From: Octopus bimaculoides
Lineage: Eukaryota
DNA length: 64,000 nucleotides
Direction: 5' to 3'
Assembly: GCF_001194135.2 (NCBI RefSeq)
Contig: NC_068983.1
Span: 73,410,233 to 73,474,232 of the forward strand
Shown: positions 11,395 to 24,385 of the stretch, piece by piece
Position numbering within the stretch: position 1 is the first letter of the stretch
Layout: each line of letters opens with the position of its first letter
Program-made: the position numbers and the translations under genes
Notes under the pieces: model-generated
The model's database searches: none
Told to the model about the DNA's origin: nothing
What the model saw: the letters and a program-made list of their open reading frames with translations, nothing else

Positions 11395-12804
11395 ACAGGC
11401 ACATAAATGCACACACATTTTTACCCAATAACGTAGACCATTTTAGATTACGATCGCAACTATTCCGCAGCAAATGTATTTAATTTTGAATGTGAACAAA
11501 AGAAACCGGAGATAAAATAATACACATAATACTCTACTTTGCTTTGATCTGGTGCAATGAAGCGACTTTTGCCCCAGACAATGCTTCTGATCAAAACATA
11601 AGTATTAAAAAGCACGGTACAATACATTACATTATATTACAATACATTACAATACATTGTAAGACACTAAGATACTAACGCACAGAATAGAACACACTTG
11701 CCGTACACACGGCAATAGACTAAGATAAATACCTACACACACACACACACACACACACAAGGTAAGTATGTGCGGTAGGTTATAGTACTGCTTATGTATG
11801 AAACGTTCGTACTACTTTAACTTCGTTTGTTGGTCGGATTATTCTCATCCGTCTTCAGGTAGCATACGTTTCTCATTCTATCTCTTTACTACGTTAGAGA
11901 CATCTATTTTAATATATAGATCAATATTATTTTTGGGGGAGTAGATTTAATGCGTCACCCTGTTCAACACCTCCAGCTGTCCCTTTGGGTATCGTTAATG
12001 GAGTTCCCTCTGTTCCATGCATTTGGATCAGGGCTCAGAACTGTTGAGTACTCTGTTTTGTGATGTGCCCTAAGCTAGTTCAACTTCTTAATCTGGTTAG
12101 TATCGTCCCCTTCGAGACTTTGGAGGCTCATAAAGATGCAACAGAAGTCAAAGGGACATCGAGTGGATGCTATGGAGGCTGGTTGTTTAGAAGTGGGGCT
12201 GTGATGTTTCTAAGTTATTAGATATTTAAACCATCTTATTTAAAAAAAAAATCTTTGTCGCGATTAACAGTGAGAAAAAGCTTGATTGATGACGTGCTAG
12301 AGTCCACATTAATTTTGTCATATAAGTCCTCAATTAGTAATTTCCCGGAAAATTTAGTATAGGGGATAAAGTCAGCGAAGATATCTTAAAAGGAAATACA
12401 TGCTAGATGGAAATGTATTAGGAGATATTGAATTAGCTTCTGTTTCTTCAAGGAAACTTGTTTTTTAATTTACTTTTCACAGAACATTAATAGGGGTAAA
12501 CCGTCATCCAGTGAAAAGGGGCACAGAGTTACAAAAGGTTGGGGAATATTGAACTACAGCAATCTGTAAGATGTGGTCTATCTCCCTCGACAACTTTCGG
12601 GGTTCTTGCAAATAGAGGTGTTGCAAGCAGCGAGCAATCGCCCCTAAGAGTAGGAAAGAGCACAAATTTCCTCTGGTCTATCATACCTGTTAAGGTAATG
12701 ATGCCAACAGTGTCTTTACTCTCAGGTACTGAAAACACTGACTACACTGCTGTATGCAAATTTGATGTGTGCTACCCGTCTTTCTCTTGCTTAGCCATAA
12801 AATA

Positions 12805-13010
12805 AATACTTCAAATTTTGGTCGAATTGGGGAAGGGGGTTGTTGATTACATCGATTCCAGTATTTGGCTGGTATTTTATTTTATCAATCCCGAGAGGAT
12901 GAAGAGCAAACTTAACTTCGGCAGAATTTTAGCTTAGCACGAAACAAGCCGGAAGAAATGTTGCTAAGCATTTTGTCCGACTCGTTAACAATTCTGCCAG
13001 CTTGCTGCCT
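12805..13010 (-). mobile_element. SINE family A (diverged)
   Basis: Aligns to the family A consensus from tail to head. Confidence 0.75.
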
Positions 13011-13267
13011 ACTATGCCATAAAATAAAGTGGAGAGAAGAAGACTATAGCCATTTTAGCCCTTCCTAATAACAAAAGGGCGATATGATTGATATTTTACT
13101 CAAATATTTAAGCGTTAAAAAGTGCAAAGTTTTAATAGAGATAGTGTATGGCCGTTGGAAGTGATGTCTGGTAAGACGAGATAAAGAAAGCGAACAGGAC
13201 GAGTTTGGATAAATGTAAGAGGATCAAGGCTTGCTGTAATTGCGCTAGAAGTGATAAACTAGCTATT

Positions 13268-13460
13268 AATATTTAACTCCAGACCAATCCTGAAAAAGTA
13301 GACTTAGCATGAAAGACATTTACAACCGTGACCATCCCATTTTGCTTTTCAGGGTTAGGGAAACCAGGACATCATTATGTAACGTGTCCTTCTTTTTTCC
13401 ATAACCATAAGATTTAATTTAAGGAAAATTTTGCTGTTATTTGTAGCAGGTCGAGAGGCC
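13268..13460. repeat. Family D copy (opposite orientation to 2975)
   Basis: GTGACCATCCC...TTTGCTGTTATTTGTAGCAGGTCGAG is the reverse complement of the family D motifs. Confidence 0.5.
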
Positions 13461-14119
13461 ACACCAAAGTGCCTTCGTATGTTGGAGTACGTTGATGGGT
13501 ATCAGAATTTTATTTAAAGCATCAAAAATTCTTTTTTTTTCTTTTTGTTTGGTTGTGTCTTGTGTGTGAATAAGTGAATGTGCATGTGTGAATGTACGTA
13601 CGTGTGTGTGTGAATGTACGTACGTACGTGTGTGTGTGTGTGTGTGTGTGTGCGTGTGTGTNNNNNNNNNNGTGTGTGTGTGTGTGTGTGTGTGTGCGTG
13701 TGTGTGTGTGTGTGTATGTGTGTGTGCGTGCGTGCGTGTGTATTACGGCCCGAAGTACGTGAGCCGTGCTCTTACTTAGTTTTCACTTATCCTTTCAAGA
13801 GAATCACTAACTGCTCTCATACGCAGCTACTATACATGATGTTAATAAAAACAACTTGGCCTTTTCTCTTTTGCTAAAAAAAGCAAAGAAAAACACTAAA
13901 AGGTTACCAGTGAAAGCATTTAATCGACAAAATTATCCGTGTATCATTCACTCTTCCGCGCTAGTTTACATTGTGACAGCATACTATCATTTTGCTCGTA
14001 ATATATTCAAACCTTAAAAGCTTCTGAAATTTCTTCGTCGGTTCTAACATTCACTCTTCTGAGGCGGATAAGATAAATACCAAACCGAATTGAAAAGAAA
14101 AAGAAGAGCTACTCATATT

Positions 14120-14518
14120 GATTTTAAATTTTGGAACAAGGACAGCAATTTTGGGAGAAGGGCTAAGTCGATTACATTGATTCCAGTGCTCGACTGGTAC
14201 TTATTTTATCGACTCCGAAAAGATAGAACACATAGTCAACTTCAGAACATAAAAACAGAGGAAATGCTGCAAAGCATTCTGGCACGCGCGATAATGGTTT
14301 CAAATTCTGGAATAAGGCCAGCAATTTTGAGGTATGGGGCAAACCGATTGCATTGATCCCAATGCACAACTGGTACTTATTGGTACTTATTTTTTCATCC
14401 AAAAATGATGAAAAGCAAAGTCGACCTCGGGAAAATTTGAACTCCGAGCCTTAAGACGGACGAAATGTCGCTAAGTAGTTCTTTCTGCGTACTAACAGTT
14501 CTGCCAGCTCGCCACCTT
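14120..14518 (-). mobile_element. Tandem pair of family A SINEs (14120-14300 and 14305-14518)
   Basis: Two head-to-tail units, each with CAGCAATTTTG...TGGTACTTATT...AAGTC(A/G)AC. Confidence 0.8.
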
Positions 14519-15007
14519 GATGTGGACTGTTCCTATTACGGAGTGTTAAACAGAATGATGTCAAGGAAACTTCTGTAAGTAGCACGCAATATAGCAAATG
14601 ATTTAATCAATTCTAAATAAGGATTATACTTTTAGTCTTTACTTCATAAGAATCGGAGTAGCTATACTTGCTAAAGGCGGCGTGTGGAAGATTTAATAAA
14701 CTAAAATTGTCGCATTTTAATACCGTTGAGCCTCATTCGGTGTCGATGCAGACTCTGAAATATACTGTAAGTCTGTTTACGTATCTTTCAATATGCGGGA
14801 TAAAGCCTCCGGTGGTATAGATTTGGCAATTAGTGTATTAAGAAAATTACATAAGACCTTGCCTCCCGTTCCATGTTGCATAAAACATGAAACCAATAAT
14901 TCTATGTACGTATTCAAACAGCTATGAAACAGACTGGTGAGTGTTTAACGAAGTAAATATAAACTGTACGAATGCATATATGTATATAATTATCAATCTC
15001 CTTCACG

Positions 15008-15394
<387 letters not shown>

Positions 15395-15725
15395 CTTGTA
15401 CTTAGTTCAGTCATTGGACTACGGCCATTGGAGCCTTGACTGGTTTAGTCATTCTAATCGACCACAGTCTGGTTCTTATGATATCGATCTCATTTGCTGA
15501 ACTGTTATGTTAAGGAGTCTAAACAAATAAATACTGGTTGTCAAGTAGTGGGCGACAAACAAGCATATATGAAATGCTTCCACATAGTTTCCATGTACCA
15601 AATTCACTCACAAGGCATTGGTCCAGAGCGATACTAGAAAATACTTGCTCAAGGAGACGCGGATTGAGACTGAACCTGAAATCACGTGGTTGCAAGCGAG
15701 CTTCTTAACCACGCAGTCAGGCCTG
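15395..15725 (-). mobile_element. SINE family B (old, diverged copy)
   Basis: TTCAGTCATTGGACTACGGCCA tail, CAAATTCACTCACAAGGC core and GACTGAACC B-box (reverse complement). Confidence 0.65.
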
Positions 15726-16236
15726 TGTGTGTGTGTGCATGTGTGCGTGCGCGAGCGTGTTATTGTGTTTTTGTGTGTGTGTGTGTATGCACACACATTT
15801 ATATCTATGTAACTATATACGTGTGAAATTTTATACATTGGTGGATATATACACGTGTATATATATATATATATATATNNNNNNNNNNNNNNNNNNNNNN
15901 NNNNNNNNNNNNNNNNNNNNNNNNNNNNNNNNNNNNNNNNNNNNNNNNNNNNNNNNNNNNNNNNNNNNNNNNNNNNNNNNNNNNNNNNNNNNNNNNNNNN
16001 NNNNNNNNNNNNNNNNNNNNNNNNNNNNNNNNNNNNNNNNNNNNNNNNNNNNNNNNNNNNNNNNNNNNNNNNNNNNNNNNNNNNNNNNNNNNNNNNNNNN
16101 NNNNNNNNNNNNNNNNNNNNNNNNNNNNNNNNNNNNNNNNNNNNNNNNNNNNNNNNNNNNNNNNNNNNNNNNNNNNNNNNNNNNNNNNNNNNNNNNNNNN
16201 NNNNNNNNNNNNNNNNNNNNNNNNNNNNNNNNNNNN

Positions 16237-16272
<36 letters not shown>

Positions 16273-16274
16273 TA

Positions 16275-16560
16275 TATGTTCTGGGTATGACTTTAAACTG
16301 CATCCTGTAGTGGGGCTCTAATGGCTTAGCCATTATGGTTCCCTGGTCTAGTCTGACCCGAAGTAGACGCACCTTTCAGGATCCTAGCTATGGGTTAACT
16401 ACCATATGTGACAACAATCCATCTAAACACAAAGACACAAAAATACCCTTGGTTGGTGTTAAGGTGCGCAGTAGACCCGCTGGCTGTGAGGAACTCCTAG
16501 CTGATGTCACAGCTCCTTCTAGGAGAGCAACACTCTGATATAAAATCTGTGGTTTCACGT
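16275..16560 (+). mobile_element. Possible RTE-type LINE 5' UTR fragment
   Basis: GC-richer island ending TTCTAGGAGAGCAACACTCTGATATAAAATC, resembling RTE 5' UTR motifs from memory only; no ORF follows. Confidence 0.3.
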
Positions 16561-16731
16561 GATTACTGCTCATCTCGCTTCGGCCTATCACTAAATACTA
16601 ATTAGGGAGCCTCAGGGAGTGGTACACATGTTATACAATGTTTCGTTATAGGGACTTCATTTGTCATTCCATCTATTGAAAGTCCTTTGGCGATGGAAGC
16701 GTGTTACCTATGCGTCAAGCCATGCATATTT

Positions 16732-17140
16732 GTGAAAGTAAATTATCCTCAAAATAATGAAGATAAATTGCAATGATAACCGGAAGTGACGCCAGTGACG
16801 GACCACAATTTCATGTGAACAATGTATGTGACATAACTAATGTATAGAATATACATATATTTAATATAACACGAAAGCCTTATTTATGTTTCATATAAGA
16901 TGAAAACGTTCATAATTCTGAGTGGTGTTCGTTGCCAGAACGGTGTATCGCAGCTGCTAATTCTAAAATACTGAACATATGACTAGAAGTTACTGTACAT
17001 CTAAGTTGCTGTGGATGTGTTATGAAGACAGAGTTCTTCATGTTCTTTTTTATGAAATTTTGTGATGTAGTTGTCGTCACTTCCGGTTTGTTTCACAATT
17101 TTCTTTCAGTCATCTAAGACAAATTACTTTCATTTGTCTT
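16732..17140. mobile_element. Old MITE-like element with degenerate ~100-bp inverted arms
   Basis: AACCGGAAGTGACG (16779-16792) is the reverse complement of CGTCACTTCCGGTT (17075-17088), with flanking TGAAAGTAA and CAATTTCAT similarity. Confidence 0.55.
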
Positions 17141-17369
17141 ACGACCGTAAACTGCATGTTAACCCACAATCTGATCACGAGAGCATTTGTGGGTTGGGTT
17201 TTTTTTCTGTTACAATAAGCAAGTTGAATATAAATCAAAGATTGAAATCTCTATCTTTCAGTTCATCAAACTATCAATCCGTTTTATTCTTTCTCTCGAT
17301 ATTATAACCCCTAGAATGAATATGCACGTTTATACAATATCAATTATATATCAATATGCATGAAATCGT

Positions 17370-17560
17370 GAAGGCGCGTGGCCTAGTGGTTAGGTCCCTG
17401 CTTTCACGATTGTGGTTTCGATACCCAGACCAGCCGTGCTGTGTTTTTGAGAAAAACACTTCATTACACATTGTCCCAGTTTACTCCTAAATAAGTAACC
17501 TTACGACGGACTGGCGTTCCATTCAGGGGTAATTTAGACCTGCCTACCAAGCCAGTAGGG
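17370..17560 (+). mobile_element. tRNA-derived SINE, family C-related
   Basis: A-box TGGCCTAGTGG and B-box GGTTTCGATACC, followed by GTGTTTTTGAGAAAAACACTT and GACGGACTGGCGTTCCATTCAGGG, similar to 47293-47610. Confidence 0.65.
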
Positions 17561-17894
17561 TGGCATTATTCGAAAGGTTCAACAATGTGAGGAATCACAT
17601 TGTGATCAGCGGTGTATAACAACACCTGATAGTCTGGTCGAGACAGTGATACGGTGTAATATATAAAAATCACTATAAAAGCCGGAATCGTGTAAATTTC
17701 ATGCGAGAATATCTATTTTCCTTATTTATTATTTTAATGCATTAATTTTTAAATCTTCATAACATTGTCTCATTATGTTAAAAATTTTGATTATGTTACC
17801 GATTTGGTTCCATAGTTAAGCATTAAGCGTGACAAACTGTGACAAGCAGACTAATATAGATTTTTAATTTGTGGTTGAGCGAAGTTTATCAGAT

Positions 17895-18099
17895 GCACAC
17901 AATAATGACTATGTGCGTGTATGTGTGTGTGTATCTTTGTATATGCATATGAGTATGTATGTATGTATGTATGTATGTATGTATGTATGTATGTATGTAT
18001 GTATATATACATATATATATATGTATGTATATATATATATATATATACATACATACATATATATGTATATATATATATACATATATCTATATATGTACG

Positions 18100-18131
<32 letters not shown>

Positions 18132-18157
18132 TGTATATATATATATATGCAAGTATG

Positions 18158-18209
<52 letters not shown>
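17895..18209. repeat. (TATG)n/(TA)n compound microsatellite
   Basis: Directly visible; it generates several spurious ORFs. Confidence 0.95.
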
Positions 18210-18210
<1 letters not shown>

Positions 18211-18659
18211 GTATTGGACGTCACCAACGGTGCAAACAACATGAAATACGTAAATAATGAGAAAAAAAATGGAAAGCAGGACAAGTAAACACATAGAAAG
18301 GACCTTTCATCAGTTGTCGGTTGTCTATATACTCCTCATTTGAGTATTCAACGACAATATGAGTCTTCAAAGACAGTAGCTTCCATAAATTCTAAAATAA
18401 AATTTAGGATTTGTGGAGGGTCAAAATTGGGAACAAAACCAGGACAGTGGAGACTTACAAGGAATCCGAACGAAAATAAACATGGAGGTTGTTAGACCAG
18501 AACAAGAGGAAAACAGTGAAAGCTGGTAGAAATATTTTCTTTGAAAAGAGAAAAGATAGAAGAGAGAGAGAAAGAAGTTCAGTCTTTTGAACGAACGTGC
18601 AAGAAAGAAAGATGGTCATGTGAGGAAAAGAAAGATGGATGATGGTCACATGTGAGCAA

Positions 18660-18794
<135 letters not shown>

Positions 18795-20747
18795 AGAAAA
18801 CTAGTGAGTAGAGTAGGAGAATCGTCGGCGCGCCGTCAGAGATGCTCTACATTATATCTTCCGGTTCTCTACATTATGAGTTCAAATCCCACAAGCTTGC
18901 AGAAAGCAACGGGAAACCTCTCCAGTATTTATCTCAGGTTTAGTCATAATAGCCGAGGTTCCAGTCATCTACTTTACAATGACAAGGAAAGGTACGGGCT
19001 TTCCCAGGTCGTATAGAGAGTGCTAGACAAGGTTCATACACAGAGGACCTGCCCCAGGGCAAACCACTGCTAGATGTATGTATGTATGTATGTATGTATG
19101 TATGTATGTATGTATGTATGTATGTATGTATGTATATATGTATGTATGTATGTATGTATGTACGTACGTACGTACGTATGTCGGTGTGTATGTATGTATG
19201 CATGTATGTATGTATGTACGTACGTACGTATGTAGGTGTGTGTGATTATTCAGTCTTATTTCAAGATTTCTTGCCAATAGAGGTATTTTTGTATGTTTGT
19301 ATGTATCTATGTTCTTTACTATTTTTAATTATTTAAATTCTTCCTCTGAGGAAGAAGCTGGTTTCTAACAATGGCACAGAGCTCCATGTAAATAACAAAA
19401 CCAATGTCACATTTTAAACTTGTTTTTTTTTAATACTGTTCCGCTTACAGATTGTATTTGTAATATGCAAATTACTTGTTTCATTTCTTTTCCTGAAAAC
19501 CTTAGCTTATCCAGATTGTCACTGAGACATTTACTCACAAAAACGAGTGCATCAATTATTATGGATATAAATGTGAATTTATAATCTGGATATAGAAGGT
19601 GCAGGTTTCGAAGCAGTTATCTATAGTTATCCTTTTTCTTTTTGATTTTTCAGAGATATTCACGTCAGCAGGACAAATGATCGCTGTCTTTCCCAAACAA
19701 CAATACTCGGCCTGTTATGCTTACATTTGACAGATGTTTTGATGGTATGTATGTATGTATGTATGTATGTATGTACGTATGTATGTATGTATGTATGTAT
19801 GTATGTATGTATGTATGTATGTATGTATGTATGTGTGCGTGAGTGTGTATGTGTGTATGTGTGTATGTATGTTTGTATGTAAATTGCTACTTATCCATAT
19901 AAGTGGTAGTATAAGAAAATTGAAAATGCACAGCAGAGAATATATGAAGATTTATTTACATTTCAACATTCACACACACACACACACACACACACNNNNN
20001 NNNNNNNNNNNNNNNNNNNNNNNNNNNNNNNNNNNNNNNNNNNNNNNNNNNNNNNNNNNNNNNNNNNNNNNNNNNNNNNNNNNNNNNNNNNNNNNNNNNN
20101 NNNNNNNNNNNNNNNNNNNNNNNNNNNNNNNNNNNNNNNNNNNNNNNNNNNNNNNNNNNNNNNNNNNNNNNNNNNNNNNNNNNNNNNNNNNNNNNNNNNN
20201 NNNNNNNNNNNNNNNNNNNNNNNNNNNNNNNNNNNNNNNNNNNNNNNNNNNNNNNNNNNNNNNNNNNNNNNNNNNNNNNNNNNNNNNNNNNNNNNNNNNN
20301 NNNNNNNNNNNNNNNNNNNNNNNNNNNNNNNNNNNNNNNNNNNNNNNNNNNNNNNNNNNNNNNNNNNNNNNNNNNNNNNNNNNNNNNNNNNNNNNNNNNN
20401 NNNNNNNNNNNNNNNNNNNNNNNNNNNNNNNNNNNNNNNNNNNNNNNNNNNNNNNNNNNNNNNNNNNNNNNNNNNNNNNNNNNNNNNNNNNNNNNNNNNN
20501 NNNNNNNNNNNNNNNNNNNNNNNNNNNNNNNNNNNNNNNNNNNNNNNNNNNNNNNNNNNNNNNNNNNNNNNNNNNNNNNNNNNNNNNNNNNNNNNNNNNN
20601 NNNNNNNNNNNNNNNNNNNNNNNNNNNNNNNNNNNNNNNNNNNNNNNNNNNNNNNNNNNNNNNNNNNNNNNNNNNNNNNNNNNNNNNNNNNNNNNNNNNN
20701 NNNNNNNNNNNNNNNNNNNNNNNNNNNNNNNNNNNNNNNNNNNNNNT

Positions 20748-21058
20748 GCTTTTTTCTTTTTAAATTTGCTGTTTTACCCTAACCCTAACCCTAACCCTAA
20801 CCCTATCACCGATAGAATTGTTTCAGAATCGTTTGTTTATGTAGTCGGCACTTAATGTATATCGGCTGAATGGACGTCAGTGATTGGTTGAAATTACAGA
20901 AATACGACAACTTTAACATGGAATAACTTAGGGATTTCTTTTTTTTTTAAGAAGACTAAGAGAAAAAGATGTTTTATATGACACATTCTACCAGTGTTCC
21001 AAGTTTCAAAGTGTTTCGTTAATGAAAAATGTGGCCCCCGTTTTAAAAAAGATCCCAA
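20748..21058 (-). mobile_element. Terminal arm of a long-TIR element containing (CCCTAA)4; the body runs into the N-gap
   Basis: Near-identical reverse complement of 27117-27431, homologous to the 6011-7129 arms; telomere-type hexamers at 20777-20805. Confidence 0.75.
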
Positions 21059-21061
21059 ATC

Positions 21062-22540
21062 CGTACTCAATAGCATCAGTAACACTATTCACATCACCGT
21101 GGAATTTAGCCATATATTACCCTTCCTAGATATTTTGATGACACGAACATAGAAACTGACATCTACAACAAAGCAACGGACTCTAAAACAGTTTTTCGTA
21201 TGTTTTGGGAGGCATGTAGTAAATAGTATGTTTACTTCGTTCTGCCTCAAACATACCAAAACAAATATTCCCTTTAAATTAGCAAGAAGTATCAGAATAA
21301 TTGTCTCTGATCCGGAAATTCAGAATAAAAGATGCCTGGAACTACCTGAAATAAAGTACCCGTCTACGCTAATAGAGAACAGAATAGAATCCTTTCTACT
21401 CTAGGCACAAAATCTCGAAATTTTTGGGGAGGGGGCCAGTCGATTAAATTGACCCCAGTACGCAACTGGTACTTAATTTAACGACTCCAAAAGTAAAAAA
21501 GGTAAAGTCGGCCTCGGAGGAATTTGAACTCAGAACGTAAAGACGGACGAAATACTGCTAAGCATTTCACCCGGCGTGCTAACGTTTCTTATTGCTTTAT
21601 TGCCCACAAGGGGCTAAACATTGAGGGGACAAACAAGAACAGACAAAGGGATTAAGTCGATTACATCGACCCCAGTGCGTAACTGATACTTAATTTATCG
21701 ACCCCGAAAGGATGAAAGGCAAAGTCGACCTCGGCGGAATTTGAACTCAGAACGTAACGGCAGACGAAATACCGCGAAGCATTTCACCCGGCGTGCTAAC
21801 GTTTCTGCCAGCTCACCGCCTTAGAGGACAGAATAGACTGCCAAAGCAATAAACATTGAAGAATTACGAAAGGCCAAAAGCAGTTGAGATATACCGAAAA
21901 CTCTATCTTCAATTAAAACAGAAACATTCAGCCTGATCATTCAGAATATACTATTATTGATTCAAAGCCCAGGAATGTAAAAAGCAAAATAATCAAATGC
22001 AGAATAACTACCCCCCCCCNNNNNNNNNNNNNNNNNNNNNNNNNNNNNNNNNNNNNNNNNNNNNNNNNNNNNNNNNNNCCCCCCCCCCAAAAAAAAAACC
22101 TACTTACCAACACAAAACTACCAACTATAGGCTCAACTCCGACTATTAAAAGTCTGGCCGCTCTAATCGCAGATGTCTTCCAACTTTGTTGAAAACACAT
22201 CATATAAATTTAAATTGGGATAAGTTTTTACTGTGAAAAACCACTTTAATTATTCTTAAAAATATTTTAATATGTGATCAAATTCAATGGATGCAGCGAA
22301 GATTACATCAGACAAACCAAACTCACCTTACGAATGATATTAACAATTCATCAGTAACAAATACGAGATTCTAGGATCTCAGCAAACATTTGGCCATATG
22401 TACAACAACCAAATTTCCCAAATTCCTAGTCTTCCCACGTTATCAATGTGCAGACAATACCACAGATCAAACACGACTGAATAAAAAAAAATTCGTTTAT
22501 TGAAAAATTCAAACCACGATTGAACAGGCTATGATAACAT
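21062..22540 (+). mobile_element. Penelope-like element relic (RT C-terminus plus GIY-YIG endonuclease), interrupted by a SINE dimer
   Basis: Frames give LPFLDILM, IETDIYNKATDSK, HTKTNIPFKLARSIRIIVSD, YPSTLIENRI, KAINIEELRK and IKFNGCSEDYIRQTKLTLR (GIY-YIG YIGQT-like), with frameshifts and stops. Confidence 0.8.
21389..21822 (-). mobile_element. Nested or dimeric family A SINEs with a 15-bp TSD
   Basis: Two A units; flanked by AGAGAACAGAATAGA (21374-21388) and AGAGGACAGAATAGA (21823-21837). Confidence 0.85.
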
Positions 22541-23039
22541 CAATAATATACGATTCACCATTCACTATGAATACTATCCATGGATGTATAAGAAATCCCT
22601 GCTGATGAAAGTGATTAATATTTCTCTTTATTAAGCTCATTAATTACACTTTAATTCAGAGGATAGGAAATTTCAGTTACCTTCACTTCATTATCCCTAA
22701 ATCCCCTTTTCATTTCCATATGTGTGTGTATGTATGTGTATGCGTGTGTGTGTGTTTGTGTGTCTGGGGTGCTCGGAAAGACAATGAAAGAAGACAGTAG
22801 GGCTATTACCAATCATTTAACCCTACTCAGCGCACATAACGTTAAGAAACCGATTTTGAATAATACACACGCACACACAAACAAAACCAACAAAGAAAGC
22901 TCTATGTGATCGCTCGACTTGCTAGAAATAACAGCCTAATCTCCTTAAAAAAAACCTCTCTCCTATTTTAGAAATAGGAAATACACGTCAGCTAATGAAG
23001 CTCTTGACAAGCCATCTACCCTAACAAAACCATAAAACG

Positions 23040-23062
23040 GAGAGAGAGAGAGAGGGAGGGGG

Positions 23063-23098
<36 letters not shown>

Positions 23099-23102
23099 GG
23101 GA

Positions 23103-23135
<33 letters not shown>

Positions 23136-23212
23136 GGAGNNNNNNNNNNNNNNNNNNNNNNNNNNNNNNNNNNNNNNNNNAGATAGATAGAGAGAGAGAG
23201 AGAGAGAGAGGA

Positions 23213-23256
<44 letters not shown>

Positions 23257-23342
23257 GAGAGAGGAGAAATAGATATATATATATAGAGAGAGAGAGAGAG
23301 GAGAGATAGATAGATAGAGAGAGAGAGAGGGAGGGGAGAAAT

Positions 23343-23385
<43 letters not shown>

Positions 23386-23397
23386 AGAGAGAGAGAT

Positions 23398-23430
<33 letters not shown>

Positions 23431-23450
23431 TATATATATAGAGAGAGAGG
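23040..23450. repeat. (GA)n/(GATA)n compound microsatellite
   Basis: Directly visible. Confidence 0.95.
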
Positions 23451-24161
23451 GGGTATTGTTACGGCTAATAAACATTAAACAGTCTGCTTCAGGAGTATAT
23501 TAATTTGAATCTCTTAAATACAATTTAATTCTTTTACTTTCCACAATTTAATTTTTTTTTAAGTATATATACGCCGTCTCCAGAAAGCTAGAAAATTCCA
23601 GAAATCCAGGTCATCTCCGGTTCCAAGCTCGCCGGATATTTGGTCCGGTATAGAATATTGATGACAGGACAACACAACCAGAACAGAACCTAGGGCTAAA
23701 CAATTAAAACAACAAAAGAATCGTGTGACAAGCGGTTAATGCTGTCATGTAAGGGTATGTGTGTGTGTGTGTTTTTTTTTTTGGTAAATAATTGATTCAC
23801 AGCTTACGTAATCGACGTATGTTGTCCAGCTCTGAGGTCGTCATCTGACTGACAGCAGGAATTAAAAATACCGACTGAATGTGTTTGATGTAGCTATGTT
23901 TGAAGTACGGCAGGATTTTGCTTGATACATTCAATGCATGGGAAATGTCTGCTGTTGTTTTCTCAGTCATCTTGCTTGTTAAACATTAGCAATTACTCTA
24001 CACCATACAATAAATAAATGAATGAAAATATAAATAAATGAATGACAAAAGCCCATTTGTCTATCTATCTTTATATGCGCGTGTATGTGTGTGTATGTGT
24101 AGGTTTCTGTGTGTATCAATAGGTGTACATGTGTACATGCATACGTGTGTGTGTGTGTCTG

Positions 24162-24237
<76 letters not shown>

Positions 24238-24385
24238 GGCGTAGACATGACTGTGTGCTAAGAAGCAAGCTTCTCAGCCATGTGTTTTCAGGATCAGTCC
24301 CATTGGATGCACCTGAAACCGGACCGACCAAAGTATTGTGAGTATATTTGGTAGACAGAAACTGAAAGAAGCTCGTCATATATAT
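24238..24385 (+). mobile_element. SINE family B 5' half, running into its internal (TA)n and an N-gap
   Basis: GGCGTAGACATGACTGTGTG head and GTGAGTATATTTGGTAGACAGAAACTGAAAGAAGCTCGTC core. Confidence 0.7.

Noticed and set aside
18300-18385. Hammerhead-like motifs on the minus strand
   Set aside because: CTGATGA is not followed by a paired stem II and GAAA, and the alternative register needs several core mutations.
19340-19375. CTGAGGA plus a hairpin as a hammerhead
   Set aside because: No GAAA follows the stem and there is no stem I or III.
20777-20805. (CCCTAA)4 as a chromosome end or fusion scar
   Set aside because: Only four units, embedded at the same position in a repeated TIR arm, so they belong to the element.
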